From the NCBI GenBank assembly GCA_964010765.1, contig CAXGMD010000052.1, positions 1 to 24,098 of the forward strand: 24,098 nucleotides of DNA, given 5' to 3'. The stretch is from an uncultured bacterium. GTDB lineage: Bacteria; SAR324; NAC60-12. Positions within the stretch are counted from its first letter, which is position 1. Each line of letters starts with the position of its first letter. The notes under the pieces were generated by a model. The model did no database searches, was not told the origin of the DNA, and saw only the letters and a list, made by a program, of their open reading frames with translations. Made by a program: the position numbers and the translations under genes. Shown in pieces: positions 1-7,951 of the stretch.

Positions 1-14
1 TATTGGATTTAGCC

Positions 15-281
15 ATGAATGTTGCCGTACATCAACTCAAAGCCAATCTGTCTCGACTGTTAGCGAGGGCGCAATCTGGAGAAGTGATTGAGGTGACCTC
101 ACATCGGAAACCCATCGCCCGCATTGTCGGTGTCCCCGAACCAACTGGAGCACCCCTCGATTCTCTGAGGTCTTCTGGAGCGCTGAGTTGGAATGGCAAA
201 AAGCCTGTGCTTGAAGAGCCTCTTGCCTTGACCGATGCTGGCAAATCCATCAGCAGTTTGATCTTGGGAGATCGCCGGTGA
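15..281 (+). CDS. Phd/YefM-family type II antitoxin
   Basis: N-terminus MNVAVHQLKANLSRLLARAQSGEVIEVTSHRKPIARIV fits the Phd/YefM pattern; stop overlaps the start of the downstream PIN gene (GTGA 278-281). ATG at 15 preferred over TTG at 3. Confidence 0.9.
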   Translation: MNVAVHQLKANLSRLLARAQSGEVIEVTSHRKPIARIVGVPEPTGAPLDSLRSSGALSWNGKKPVLEEPLALTDAGKSISSLILGDRR

Positions 282-730
282 TTCTGTTTTGTGACACTTC
301 TGCGCTGATCAAGCTCTATGTTCAGGAGGATTGGATTTCGGCAATGCGAGGAGCTGTCAACGAAGCCTCGGTGGTCGCGGTTTGTCGAGTTGCCTGGACA
401 GAAGCGATGTCTGCGCTGGCTCGCAGAGGAAGAGAATTTCCAGAGGAACTGCCCCTGTTGGAAAGAGTTCGGGATCACTTTCGCAAGGACTGGGAGAGCT
501 ATGCCAAGGTTGAGGTCAGCCAAGCCTTGGTGGAACAGGCTGGAGAATTTGCAGAGATCTTTGCGCTGCGGGCTTACGACAGCATCCAATTGGCGGCCGC
601 TAACGTCCTGCAAACAGAAATGCCCGGGAATGTGAGTTTCGCCTGTTTTGATCAGCGTCTACAAAAAGCGGCTCAAGTGCTGGGTCTGCTGCCTCTCGAC
701 CTGGATCGTTTAAACCAGATTTCTTCCTGA
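278..730 (+). CDS. vapC: VapC-family PIN-domain ribonuclease toxin
   Basis: MILFCDTSALIKLY start with the acidic PIN residues in WTEAM, LRAYDSIQLAAA and ACFDQRL; coupled to the upstream antitoxin. Confidence 0.92.
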   Translation: MILFCDTSALIKLYVQEDWISAMRGAVNEASVVAVCRVAWTEAMSALARRGREFPEELPLLERVRDHFRKDWESYAKVEVSQALVEQAGEFAEIFALRAYDSIQLAAANVLQTEMPGNVSFACFDQRLQKAAQVLGLLPLDLDRLNQISS

Positions 731-857
731 AAAACGTTGGCCACGCTTCCTCCACAGTTCCAGATGCTACCTTAGCCTAAGACGACCAAGTGGCTGAAGA
801 CCGGATGAGAGAAGTCCTGCAAGGCTCTCATTTTCCTCACTTTTCTTCATCTGCACC

Positions 858-910
858 AACCCCTCACCCACCACTGACGTGGTCCCCCCTCTCCCAATGG
901 GCGAGGGTTT
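858..910. repeat. REP-like composite palindrome
   Basis: CCCTCACCC (861-869), hairpin ACCAC-TGAC-GTGGT (870-883), then CCCTCTCCC-AAT-GGGCGAGGG (887-907, one mismatch). Single copy in the window. Confidence 0.7.
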
Positions 911-957
911 TTGAGGCCTCATTGAATCCAAATTTACTTGCGAATCGGCGAAGGTTC

Positions 958-1118
958 TCAGAACTTTGGGTGGGAATTTTTCAGCTTCTCAAAGCGCTCT
1001 TGGCTCTCCAACTGGCAAATTTCCTGACGCAAAGACGCTTTTTTAGGCATAGGTCCGGTAGGTTGAACTCAAGGGTCAGTGAGAAAAACAGAGATTTCGG
1101 TTTACTCCAGAAAAAGTC
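958..1118 (-). pseudogene. Possible frameshifted transposase relic (ISNCY/IS5-like C-terminal part)
   Basis: Manual translation gives DFFWSKPKSLFFSLTLEFNLPD, then after a frameshift MPKKASLRQEICQLESQERFEKLKNSHPKF*. Resembles from memory the DKGFWS...PKKG...ES...F.KL...HS segment of such transposases; no search run. Confidence 0.4.
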
Positions 1119-1250
1119 AGCAAGCTTGAAAAATCCGACTACTCTGTCAAAGGATCATCATAAAAAATCTGTGCATCCCATAGCTCCCCAAAGGAGCCAG
1201 CATCCACACTTATCAAAAACTGACAACCAGAGAAATTCAGCGCGAGCACC

Positions 1251-1865
1251 TTGTATTTTGACAGAGGACCGCAGCACCTTTCAGAGTCAGATCCAGTTCT
1301 GCGAGTAGTGATCCAGCACCTGCAACCACAACCTCCGGAACCACGAGAGGCTAATTTTGAGTCGTTGATCCGCATCATTGCAGGACAGCAGCTCTCCAGC
1401 GCTGCGGCCTACACCATCTATCGCAGGTTGAAGCAAAAGTTTGAGGATTCCGTCATCACGCCTGCCATGATCCTTGGTTCCTCCAAGGAAGAACTGCTGA
1501 CCTGTGGACTCTCCAACGCCAAGGCACGGTACATCACGCTGATCGCCCAAGCATTTGAAGAGCAGCCCAACCGGATCGAAGAGTTGAGGGAAATGTCTGC
1601 TGAAGACGTGCTGGAGACACTACAAAGATTTAAGGGCATTGGCATCTGGAGCGCCAGCATCTTTGCGCTGTTTTACCTCCACCATCCGGATGTCTTTGTC
1701 TGGGGAGATGTCAGTCTGAAAAAAGCGATCCGACTGCTGTACGAGGAAGAAGAGCTGAGCGAACCGAAAATAGAGGCAGTCATTCAGCCGTGGCGGCCTT
1801 ATCGCAGTACAGCCTGCCTGGTCTTGTGGAAATGGCTGGATGAAGGAGCCATTCGGTTTTCGTAG
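1251..1865 (+). CDS. DNA-3-methyladenine glycosylase II family (AlkA-like, HhH-GPD)
   Basis: FESLIRIIAGQQLSSAAA, CGLSNAKARYI, HhH motif FKGIGIWSA, catalytic region DVFVWGD, C-terminal WRPYRSTA. TTG start; an in-frame stop lies at 1221-1223. Confidence 0.92.
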   Translation: MYFDRGPQHLSESDPVLRVVIQHLQPQPPEPREANFESLIRIIAGQQLSSAAAYTIYRRLKQKFEDSVITPAMILGSSKEELLTCGLSNAKARYITLIAQAFEEQPNRIEELREMSAEDVLETLQRFKGIGIWSASIFALFYLHHPDVFVWGDVSLKKAIRLLYEEEELSEPKIEAVIQPWRPYRSTACLVLWKWLDEGAIRFS

Positions 1866-1963
1866 AAGACGAGGTTCAGCAGTTGGGACCCAAAAGATTG
1901 GCAGGAATTGGAGAAGAGTCTCGTTGTTGGGTTGGTGAAAATAAAGAGGACGCTCGTTGTGAT

Positions 1964-2611
1964 TTAGAAGCTATAACCAACACTTAAAAATAGTACATTT
2001 TTTGGGGAATACTTATTTACGTCGCTCTCAAAATCCGCCTGACAAGCGCTGCTGCATTCCCAGTCATTGCCAAGTTCATAGTTTATCGATGGTTCACCAG
2101 TGATTAATCTGACAAAAGTGATTGATGCCGTCAGCCCACTGTTGAAAGTCCAGTTTTTACCAATTCCAAGATTATATCCATCTTCCGGATAATCTACCCT
2201 GTAAACGGCCTTTCTTTCACCATTCTGTTTGCTGTAGATCTCCTTCTTCGCTTCCCAATTCCTGTTGACCAATCCAGTTTGGAAAAACAAACCATCCACC
2301 GATACAAGGTAGTATCTGATATTCAGATAGGAGGTCTGACTGTCAAACCCTGATTTTTCAGTAGCCGAACCATCATTTGAATCTTCAGACATATCCCCAG
2401 AGAGAGATTGACCTTCAAGACTAAGCCACAGGTGTTTAATAAATTGGTAACTGAAACTAAGCCCAGGACCTAGGTTTGAAAGCACAATCGCTTGGCTTTG
2501 AAAATCCTTGTCGTTTAATGAGGAAGCATTTGAATTTAATGGAGTGACTGTGCAAAACAATAAAACCCCAATGCTAGTGCATAGAATCTTTATGAATTTT
2601 TGACTAATCAT
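1964..2611 (-). CDS. Predicted exported outer-membrane beta-barrel protein
   Basis: Signal peptide from ATG 2611 (MISQKFIKILCTSIGVLLFCTVTPLNSNA), alternating hydrophobic strands (GLSFSYQF, YLNIRYY, YNLGIGKNW) and a C-terminal aromatic beta-signal LSVGYSF. Confidence 0.7.
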   Translation of the reverse strand: MISQKFIKILCTSIGVLLFCTVTPLNSNASSLNDKDFQSQAIVLSNLGPGLSFSYQFIKHLWLSLEGQSLSGDMSEDSNDGSATEKSGFDSQTSYLNIRYYLVSVDGLFFQTGLVNRNWEAKKEIYSKQNGERKAVYRVDYPEDGYNLGIGKNWTFNSGLTASITFVRLITGEPSINYELGNDWECSSACQADFESDVNKYSPKNVLFLSVGYSF

Positions 2612-2815
2612 TTCTCTTTTTCTGTTTGTGTACACAACATCCGTATGGTTACTCCTACAGCACAAAATTTTCTGCTGCACAAATCAAAGAAGAATTTAAC
2701 ATCCATCAAGTTACAGTATCCGTTCTATCGATATCAACAGTGGAACTATCCTATTTCACACCACTCCAATGATGCGTGGAAATAATCCTACGTATTGCTG
2801 ACAAATAAGAATGCG

Positions 2816-3505
2816 CTAAACTAATTCAAAATCCTGCCAAGGCTTGGTCTGTGGAGGAGGACTGGTGAAGTGGAGAGTTTCACGAAGGGTAGGGTGCTGG
2901 AGCTGTAGTTGATGTGACCAAAGCGCAGGCCCCGATAGCTTGCGAGCCTGCCCGTACTTGTGATCGCCCAGAAGGGGATATCCACAATGTGCCAGTTGCA
3001 CCCGAATCTGGTGAGAGCGTCCCGTTTCCAATTGGATGCATAGTAGGCTCTTGTTTGCATGAACGGCAGTCCGCTCATAGTGGAGAATCGCTTGCTTGGC
3101 CGGGGGGACTCCGGATTCAACGACCCGAACGGTGTTGCTGTGATGATCCTTCTGTAGCCAATCGGTGAGGGTCCCCTCCGGGGGATCGACCACGCCAGCG
3201 ACCACAGCCAGGTAGGTTTTCTGTAAAGTCCGTTGACGAGCCTGATCTGCCAATCGGGACGCCGCCTTGGAGGTCTTGGCAAAGACCATCACTCCACCCA
3301 CAGGGCGATCCAGGCGCTGCACCAATCCCAAGAACACCTGGCCAGGTTTCTGGTCACGTTGCTTGATCCAGTTCCTGAGCAGGCTCAACAGGTCCGGGCT
3401 ACCACTGTGATCTGCCTGAGAGAGTAGGTTGGTCGGCTTTTCAACGACCAGCAGATGGTTGTCTTCAAACAACAGTTGGGGCGTAAAGCTCAAGGTGACC
3501 CGCAC
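2816..3505 (-). CDS. RluA-family pseudouridine synthase
   Basis: LFEDNHLLVVEKP, catalytic QRLDRPVGGVMVFAKT, KTYLAVV, LETGRSHQIRVQLA, PLLGDHKYG; no S4 domain. Confidence 0.95.
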   Translation of the reverse strand: MRVTLSFTPQLLFEDNHLLVVEKPTNLLSQADHSGSPDLLSLLRNWIKQRDQKPGQVFLGLVQRLDRPVGGVMVFAKTSKAASRLADQARQRTLQKTYLAVVAGVVDPPEGTLTDWLQKDHHSNTVRVVESGVPPAKQAILHYERTAVHANKSLLCIQLETGRSHQIRVQLAHCGYPLLGDHKYGQARKLSGPALWSHQLQLQHPTLRETLHFTSPPPQTKPWQDFELV

Positions 3506-3526
3506 TTTTTAGTGAGAACGAAAAAT

Positions 3527-4207
3527 ATGGAACTGCACACTGATTTTTCACAACGAGTGATCTTGCATACCGAACAAATGCCCTGGTCGCCTTCCCCAGC
3601 TGCTGGCGTGGAGCGACGCCAACTGGACCGCCAGGGAGAAGAAGTCGCACGAGCCACGAGCATTGTGCGTTATGCTCCCGGTAGTTACTTCGCAGCCCAC
3701 ACACACGGAGGCGGTGAAGAGATTTTTGTGCTGGAGGGTGTCTTCTCCGATGAGCACGGGCACTATCCACCCGGGAGCTACCTGCGCAATCCGCCCGGAA
3801 CCACTCACACTCCTTTTTCGGAGCCGGGCTGTGTCATCTTCGTCAAGCTCTGGCAGTTCAATCCCGGTGACGCACAAACCGTCTGTCAACACACCGAACA
3901 GGGTAGCTGGAGCCCCGGACGTCAGGAAGGCATTCAGGTTCAGCTTCTTCATGAATTTCAAGGTGTCCGAACCGTGCTGATGCGCCTGGAGCCTGACCTA
4001 CAAGTACAGCTTCACTCCCATCCGAGTGGAGAAGAGATTCTTGTGCTGGAAGGTGACTTTGCCGATGAGCACGGCAAATACTCCAAGGGGAGCTGGCTAC
4101 GCAGCCCTCCCGGTTCCTGCCACTCTCCAAAGATTGGTCCAAATGGAGCCCTGCTCTATTTGAAGTCTGGACACCTGGTGGCCCCGGTGCTGCCGTTGCC
4201 AAACTGA
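3527..4207 (+). CDS. ChrR-like tandem cupin protein
   Basis: EEVARATSIVRYAPGSYFAAHTHGGGEEIFVLEG and a second cupin HSHPSGEEILVLEG...WLRSPPGSCH; ATG 3527 (MELHTDF) avoids overlap with the divergent gene. Confidence 0.9.
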   Translation: MELHTDFSQRVILHTEQMPWSPSPAAGVERRQLDRQGEEVARATSIVRYAPGSYFAAHTHGGGEEIFVLEGVFSDEHGHYPPGSYLRNPPGTTHTPFSEPGCVIFVKLWQFNPGDAQTVCQHTEQGSWSPGRQEGIQVQLLHEFQGVRTVLMRLEPDLQVQLHSHPSGEEILVLEGDFADEHGKYSKGSWLRSPPGSCHSPKIGPNGALLYLKSGHLVAPVLPLPN

Positions 4208-4221
4208 TGGGCATTGTCTCC

Positions 4222-5088
4222 TCAGAACAAGCTCAGTTGTTCACCGGGCTGAGGAACTTCCCCAGCAAAATCGGGCAGCGTCGGTAACTCCGGAAGCTGC
4301 TCCTGCAGAAAGCCATGGAAATCTCGCGCAAGTTGAGGAGCCAATATGTCATCCGGGGTGTGCAGAAAAACAAAGGGAGTGAACCCTTGGCGCATCCAAT
4401 TGGCTACTCGCTGGGCCCAATCCCGTAAAACTGGATAATTGACCTCATTTTGGGGATCTCCAACAAAACGCAGCAGCGGTAGCTCATTCGTTGCTGTGAA
4501 GCGCACGGGCACCTTGGGCTTGCGGCGCTTTGCCTCGATGGTAGCGGAGTCATTTTGCTGAGAAGCCATCAGCTTGTGGGTGTCAAAGAGGACCCGAGCC
4601 ATCTGGCGTTGACGCAAAAACGCATCCAACTCTTGCTCTATTTTCTGCTCGTCGAAGTAAGCTAGGTTGCGTACCTCCACCGCGTAGCGAAAGTCTGAAG
4701 GCAATTGGAGCAGGAATTGTTGCAGTTGTGGCCAACGGTTGCGACCAAAGTCTGCAGAAAGTTGCAGTTGAATCGGGCCAATTCGTTCCTCCAGGGGAGC
4801 AATCCGCTCGAAGAATTCCCTTGTCAATTCGGTCGTGTTTTCCAATTTGCGGTCGTGACTGATGCTGCGGGGAAACTTGAAGCAGAAGCGGAAGTCGGGG
4901 GGAGTTGACTCTTTCCAACGCTCAACGACATCTGGGCGAGGCAACGCGTAGAAGGTGGTGTTTCCTTCCACCGTGCTGAAGACCCGAGCGTAGCCTGCTA
5001 GAAAATCTGTAGGTCGGGTTCGTGTTGGCAGCAGACTGCCCTTCCATTCAGGGCGTGACCACTCAGGGCATCCGAGAAAATAGTGCAT
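4222..5088 (-). CDS. DUF72 (YecE-like) protein
   Basis: LGCPEWSRPEW, YARVFSTVEGNTTFYALP, FRFCFKFPRSISH, YAVEVRN, FVFLHTPD. Confidence 0.92.
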   Translation of the reverse strand: MHYFLGCPEWSRPEWKGSLLPTRTRPTDFLAGYARVFSTVEGNTTFYALPRPDVVERWKESTPPDFRFCFKFPRSISHDRKLENTTELTREFFERIAPLEERIGPIQLQLSADFGRNRWPQLQQFLLQLPSDFRYAVEVRNLAYFDEQKIEQELDAFLRQRQMARVLFDTHKLMASQQNDSATIEAKRRKPKVPVRFTATNELPLLRFVGDPQNEVNYPVLRDWAQRVANWMRQGFTPFVFLHTPDDILAPQLARDFHGFLQEQLPELPTLPDFAGEVPQPGEQLSLF

Positions 5089-5330
5089 CCGGTGGCTTTT
5101 CCGAGAGAAATGCTAGATTTGAAGCTTGATACCAGGATGAATGGCAGAGCGATTGCGTATCTTTGCTGCATCTTAAAAGGCGACATATCAGGGATCAAGT
5201 AGGAAGTCGAATGCGTTCAAAACTACGGCACACAGCCACTTGCGACCGATTCTTTCCCTCGTTACACTTGTGATCTTGAGCCGCTGTTTGATCTGCGGTC
5301 AAATACTTATATGATTCTAGGAGATTCAGA

Positions 5331-5711
5331 ATGGCAGACACATTGACACCAGAGATGCGTGAAGGCATGCCGGAGCCAGAAGGGTATCGGGTCAATAGCA
5401 TACCCGATGAGAACGATATCGTCTTTGGCAAGGGTCCGATCACCGAAGAGACTGCGCGCAATATGATCCTTGACTACCCCGACAGCGTTCTCAAGTTTCT
5501 ACAGGGGAAAGACTTGGATGAACGACCTCTCTCTCCAGATATCAGTGGAATTCATGCGATCTGGCGAGAACGTGGTCTGCGGAAGGATATTTTGCAAAAA
5601 TATTTTTTGCATTTTATGGATTGGCCCGATGGGATTCCCTCGGCAACCATGCTGGACTTGCTGAGTGACGTGCGAGACAAGATTCGCAATCTTGGTAAGC
5701 CGAAGAAATAA
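5331..5711 (+). CDS. Hypothetical cytoplasmic protein (126 aa)
   Basis: AGGAG at 5319-5323 before ATG; fills the gap between DUF72 and hsp20; no recognised motif. Confidence 0.75.
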   Translation: MADTLTPEMREGMPEPEGYRVNSIPDENDIVFGKGPITEETARNMILDYPDSVLKFLQGKDLDERPLSPDISGIHAIWRERGLRKDILQKYFLHFMDWPDGIPSATMLDLLSDVRDKIRNLGKPKK

Positions 5712-5723
5712 GCTGTAAGCAGA

Positions 5724-5748
5724 GGAGGCCAGCCCTACGCTGACCCCC
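5724..5748 (-). terminator. Probable terminator hairpin between convergent hypothetical gene and hsp20
   Basis: Minus-strand RNA GGGGGUCAGC-GUAGG-GCUGGCCUCC forms 10 bp with two G-U pairs; the following UCUGCUU is a weak U tract. Confidence 0.55.
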
Positions 5749-5793
5749 TGAATGGGGCCAATGCTTCATTCATCAGCCCACCGTGGCACCAAC

Positions 5794-6225
5794 TCAGTTG
5801 ATCGGGATTTGGCGCATCTCGGCCTGCTGCTGCTTAGGCAGACGCAGGTGCAGCACTCCATCCTTCATCTCGGCATGACTACCTTCCATGGCCACTGCCT
5901 GTGGCAACTGAATCCGGCGCTGAAAATTACCGTAATTGCGCTCTACACGCAACACACCTTCTCGATTCTCTTCATGAGAACTCTTCTTCTCTCCCTGAAT
6001 CGTCAGCACTCGTCCATTCAAGGAAATCTTCACGTCTTCCTTGTTCAACCCCGGTAGCTCGACCTGAAGTTGATAGGTGGTTTCATCTTCCTGCAGATCC
6101 AACGCAGGTGAAAAACGTCGTGTGGCTGTTTCTCCAAAAACTTCTGGCCAAGCGGACTCACTAAAGAATTCTTCCATGAGGTTGCGGAACGGAACGGTGC
6201 TGTTGCGGATGGTGACGGGGTACAT
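5794..6225 (-). CDS. Hsp20/alpha-crystallin small heat-shock protein
   Basis: PALDLQEDETTYQLQVELPGLNKEDVKI, LTIQGEK, RVERNYGNFQRRIQLP, AEMKDGVLHLRLPK; AGGAG six nt before ATG 6225. Confidence 0.96.
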   Translation of the reverse strand: MYPVTIRNSTVPFRNLMEEFFSESAWPEVFGETATRRFSPALDLQEDETTYQLQVELPGLNKEDVKISLNGRVLTIQGEKKSSHEENREGVLRVERNYGNFQRRIQLPQAVAMEGSHAEMKDGVLHLRLPKQQQAEMRQIPIN

Positions 6226-6293
6226 GCTGCTCTCCTGAAAAGAGGAAGTATTTTGAGGAGCACCCAAATCATCTTGATGTGCTCCGTTATTTG

Positions 6294-6320
6294 TTAGCAC
6301 TCACTTTAATAGAGTGCTAA
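6294..6320. promoter_or_regulatory. CIRCE operator (HrcA site)
   Basis: Exact consensus TTAGCACTC-ACTTTAATA-GAGTGCTAA; the palindrome extends to 13-bp arms (6290-6324); lies upstream of hsp20. Confidence 0.97.
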
Positions 6321-6331
6321 CAAACTGTCAA
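6303..6331 (-). promoter_or_regulatory. Sigma70-type promoter of hsp20
   Basis: TTGACA (6331-6326), 17-nt spacer, TAAAGT (6308-6303); the -10 box lies inside the CIRCE spacer. Confidence 0.85.
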
Positions 6332-6372
6332 GAAAAAATTTTTACTAGGCGAGCAAACCGCTCAATGACTAG

Positions 6373-7080
6373 TCAATCGACGAGGCGATCGGGATCTTCC
6401 TTAGGTCGGTTGGGATTCTCTCGGAAGAGTTGACGGCGGGTAGTTGGGTTGAGGAAATCTTCCTCACGCAGACCTTGCTGGCGACTAATTTGGGAGACAA
6501 TGGCCTTGACGAAGGCGCGTTGTTCCAGTCGCTCTTCCATCTGCCGACGCAGCTTGAGGATATCGCGGACGCTGTATTCGCGGTCAGGGATTTCTTCTTC
6601 CTCATCAACAATTGACTGCGTATCTCCCTGCAGGACAAGGCGGTGATAGCTCTCAAGGAAAATCAGAAAATCAATGAGTAGCGGAGTCGGACGACCCTGG
6701 CTACTCTGAATCAGGTTGCGGCGCAGCGTCTGGGGTTGAGGGGCATTCTGATTCAGTTGCTGAAAAACACGACGAATCTTGCGTAGCAATTGTTGTTGGG
6801 ACGTCTGGGCATCCCATCGGGAACGTGTCGCAAAATCAAGAAACTGCTGCAGTCGCGGTCGTGGCGCCAACTGGGGCCACCAGAAAAGATTCAGACCAAA
6901 AAAGCGCTGCAGGACTTGTTCACAGCGTTCCAACTCTGCGAGCTGGCAGTCTTCGAAGAAGAAACCGTGCTGATAGAGCAATTGACAGAGTTGGAGCAGT
7001 TGAGAGGTTGCGGCAGGGAGCTGGCGATCCTGCTGCTGTTGGAAAATTGCACCTGGTTGGGCTGGTCGACGCAGCATCAT
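6373..7080 (-). CDS. Hypothetical helical, Gln-rich protein (about 235 aa)
   Basis: Longest ORF filling the gap between hsp20 and the TPR gene on the same strand; no recognised motif; start uncertain. Confidence 0.7.
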   Translation of the reverse strand: MMLRRPAQPGAIFQQQQDRQLPAATSQLLQLCQLLYQHGFFFEDCQLAELERCEQVLQRFFGLNLFWWPQLAPRPRLQQFLDFATRSRWDAQTSQQQLLRKIRRVFQQLNQNAPQPQTLRRNLIQSSQGRPTPLLIDFLIFLESYHRLVLQGDTQSIVDEEEEIPDREYSVRDILKLRRQMEERLEQRAFVKAIVSQISRQQGLREEDFLNPTTRRQLFRENPNRPKEDPDRLVD

Positions 7081-7158
7081 TGATTCTAGAAGGAGCGCAG
7101 ACGTTTAGGTCTGGGATAAATGAACAGTAGGAATGGAGCGTTGCCCTGAGGCCATTAT

Positions 7159-7842
7159 TCAATCCCAACCTGGTATGGAGGTCTTGGCTGGACCACTTGG
7201 TACTGGACGTCGGATCGAAGTGTTCATTTGGGGAGTTGGCTGTCCAGCCTGTGCTCCTGGATTAGTATTCAGTTGTTGCTGGAGTTGCTGTTTGACTTGC
7301 TGAATCATGCCAGGTGGAGGTGTTGCTCCAGCAGCTGCCATGGCTGCCTGTCCCCCAGCTGCAGAGATCGGTCGTTGAGGTGCAGATGGAGTTGGTGCCT
7401 CTGTCTTGGCAACTGGTTTTGGATCTTCAGGAGACTGCTGCTGGATCAGGATCTGGTAGCGATTGTAGTGACGGTTGGCTTTGTCGCTGTTGCGCATTCG
7501 GTAGTAGACCAGTGCCGTATTGTAATGAGCGTCTGGTTGATCAGGCTCCATCTCCAGTACATTCTCAAAAGAATCCAGAGCTTGTTCGTAGTCTCCTACT
7601 TGGAAATAGGCCAACCCTAGATTGTAAAAGAAGCTTGGTGTCTCATCATCCAGCACGATGGCCTGGCGGTAGTTCCAGATGGCTGTTGGATAGTCCCGCT
7701 TTTGGTAAGCAGTGTTGCCATCACGGAAATAATTCAGAGCCGAGCGCGGGGTCGGGGTTTCGAGAGAACTACAGCCACTGAGCAGCATCATCGGGACGAT
7801 GATCCAGCGGAACAAAAAACGTGGGAATTGGGTTGCGGGCAT
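7159..7842 (-). CDS. TPR-repeat lipoprotein with P/Q/A-rich tail
   Basis: Lipobox LSGC after a hydrophobic stretch (start ATG 7842); about three TPRs (YFRDGNTAYQKRDYPTAI, FYNLGLAYFQVGDYEQAL, HYNTALVYYRM); low-complexity C-terminus. Confidence 0.85.
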   Translation of the reverse strand: MPATQFPRFLFRWIIVPMMLLSGCSSLETPTPRSALNYFRDGNTAYQKRDYPTAIWNYRQAIVLDDETPSFFYNLGLAYFQVGDYEQALDSFENVLEMEPDQPDAHYNTALVYYRMRNSDKANRHYNRYQILIQQQSPEDPKPVAKTEAPTPSAPQRPISAAGGQAAMAAAGATPPPGMIQQVKQQLQQQLNTNPGAQAGQPTPQMNTSIRRPVPSGPAKTSIPGWD

Positions 7843-7951
7843 GACTTGCGTATCCCTTGCATGGTCCGGGAAATTCACTGGCATTTTCGCCGATAGGTTC
7901 ATTACGATAGGTTCACTTGCTCATGCACAATCCATACTTGAAGGAGGCACG

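Noticed and set aside
934..1050. Short minus-strand ORF with in-frame TGA at 958-960 as a possible selenoprotein
   Set aside because: No redox-motif context or convincing SECIS, and readthrough adds only seven residues.
790..1308. 172-aa plus-strand ORF
   Set aside because: No recognisable motif; runs through the REP-like palindrome and overlaps the glycosylase start.
5287..5303. TTTGAT-CTGCG-GTCAAA as an FNR box
   Set aside because: Spacing is one base longer than TTGAT-N4-ATCAA and one half-site mismatches; no supporting context.
6226..6300. N-terminal extension of Hsp20 from GTG 6300
   Set aside because: That start lies inside the CIRCE at the predicted TSS; the SD supports ATG 6225.
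7159..7445. Q/P/A-rich tail of the TPR protein as a tandem repeat
   Set aside because: Low complexity only; no periodic unit.
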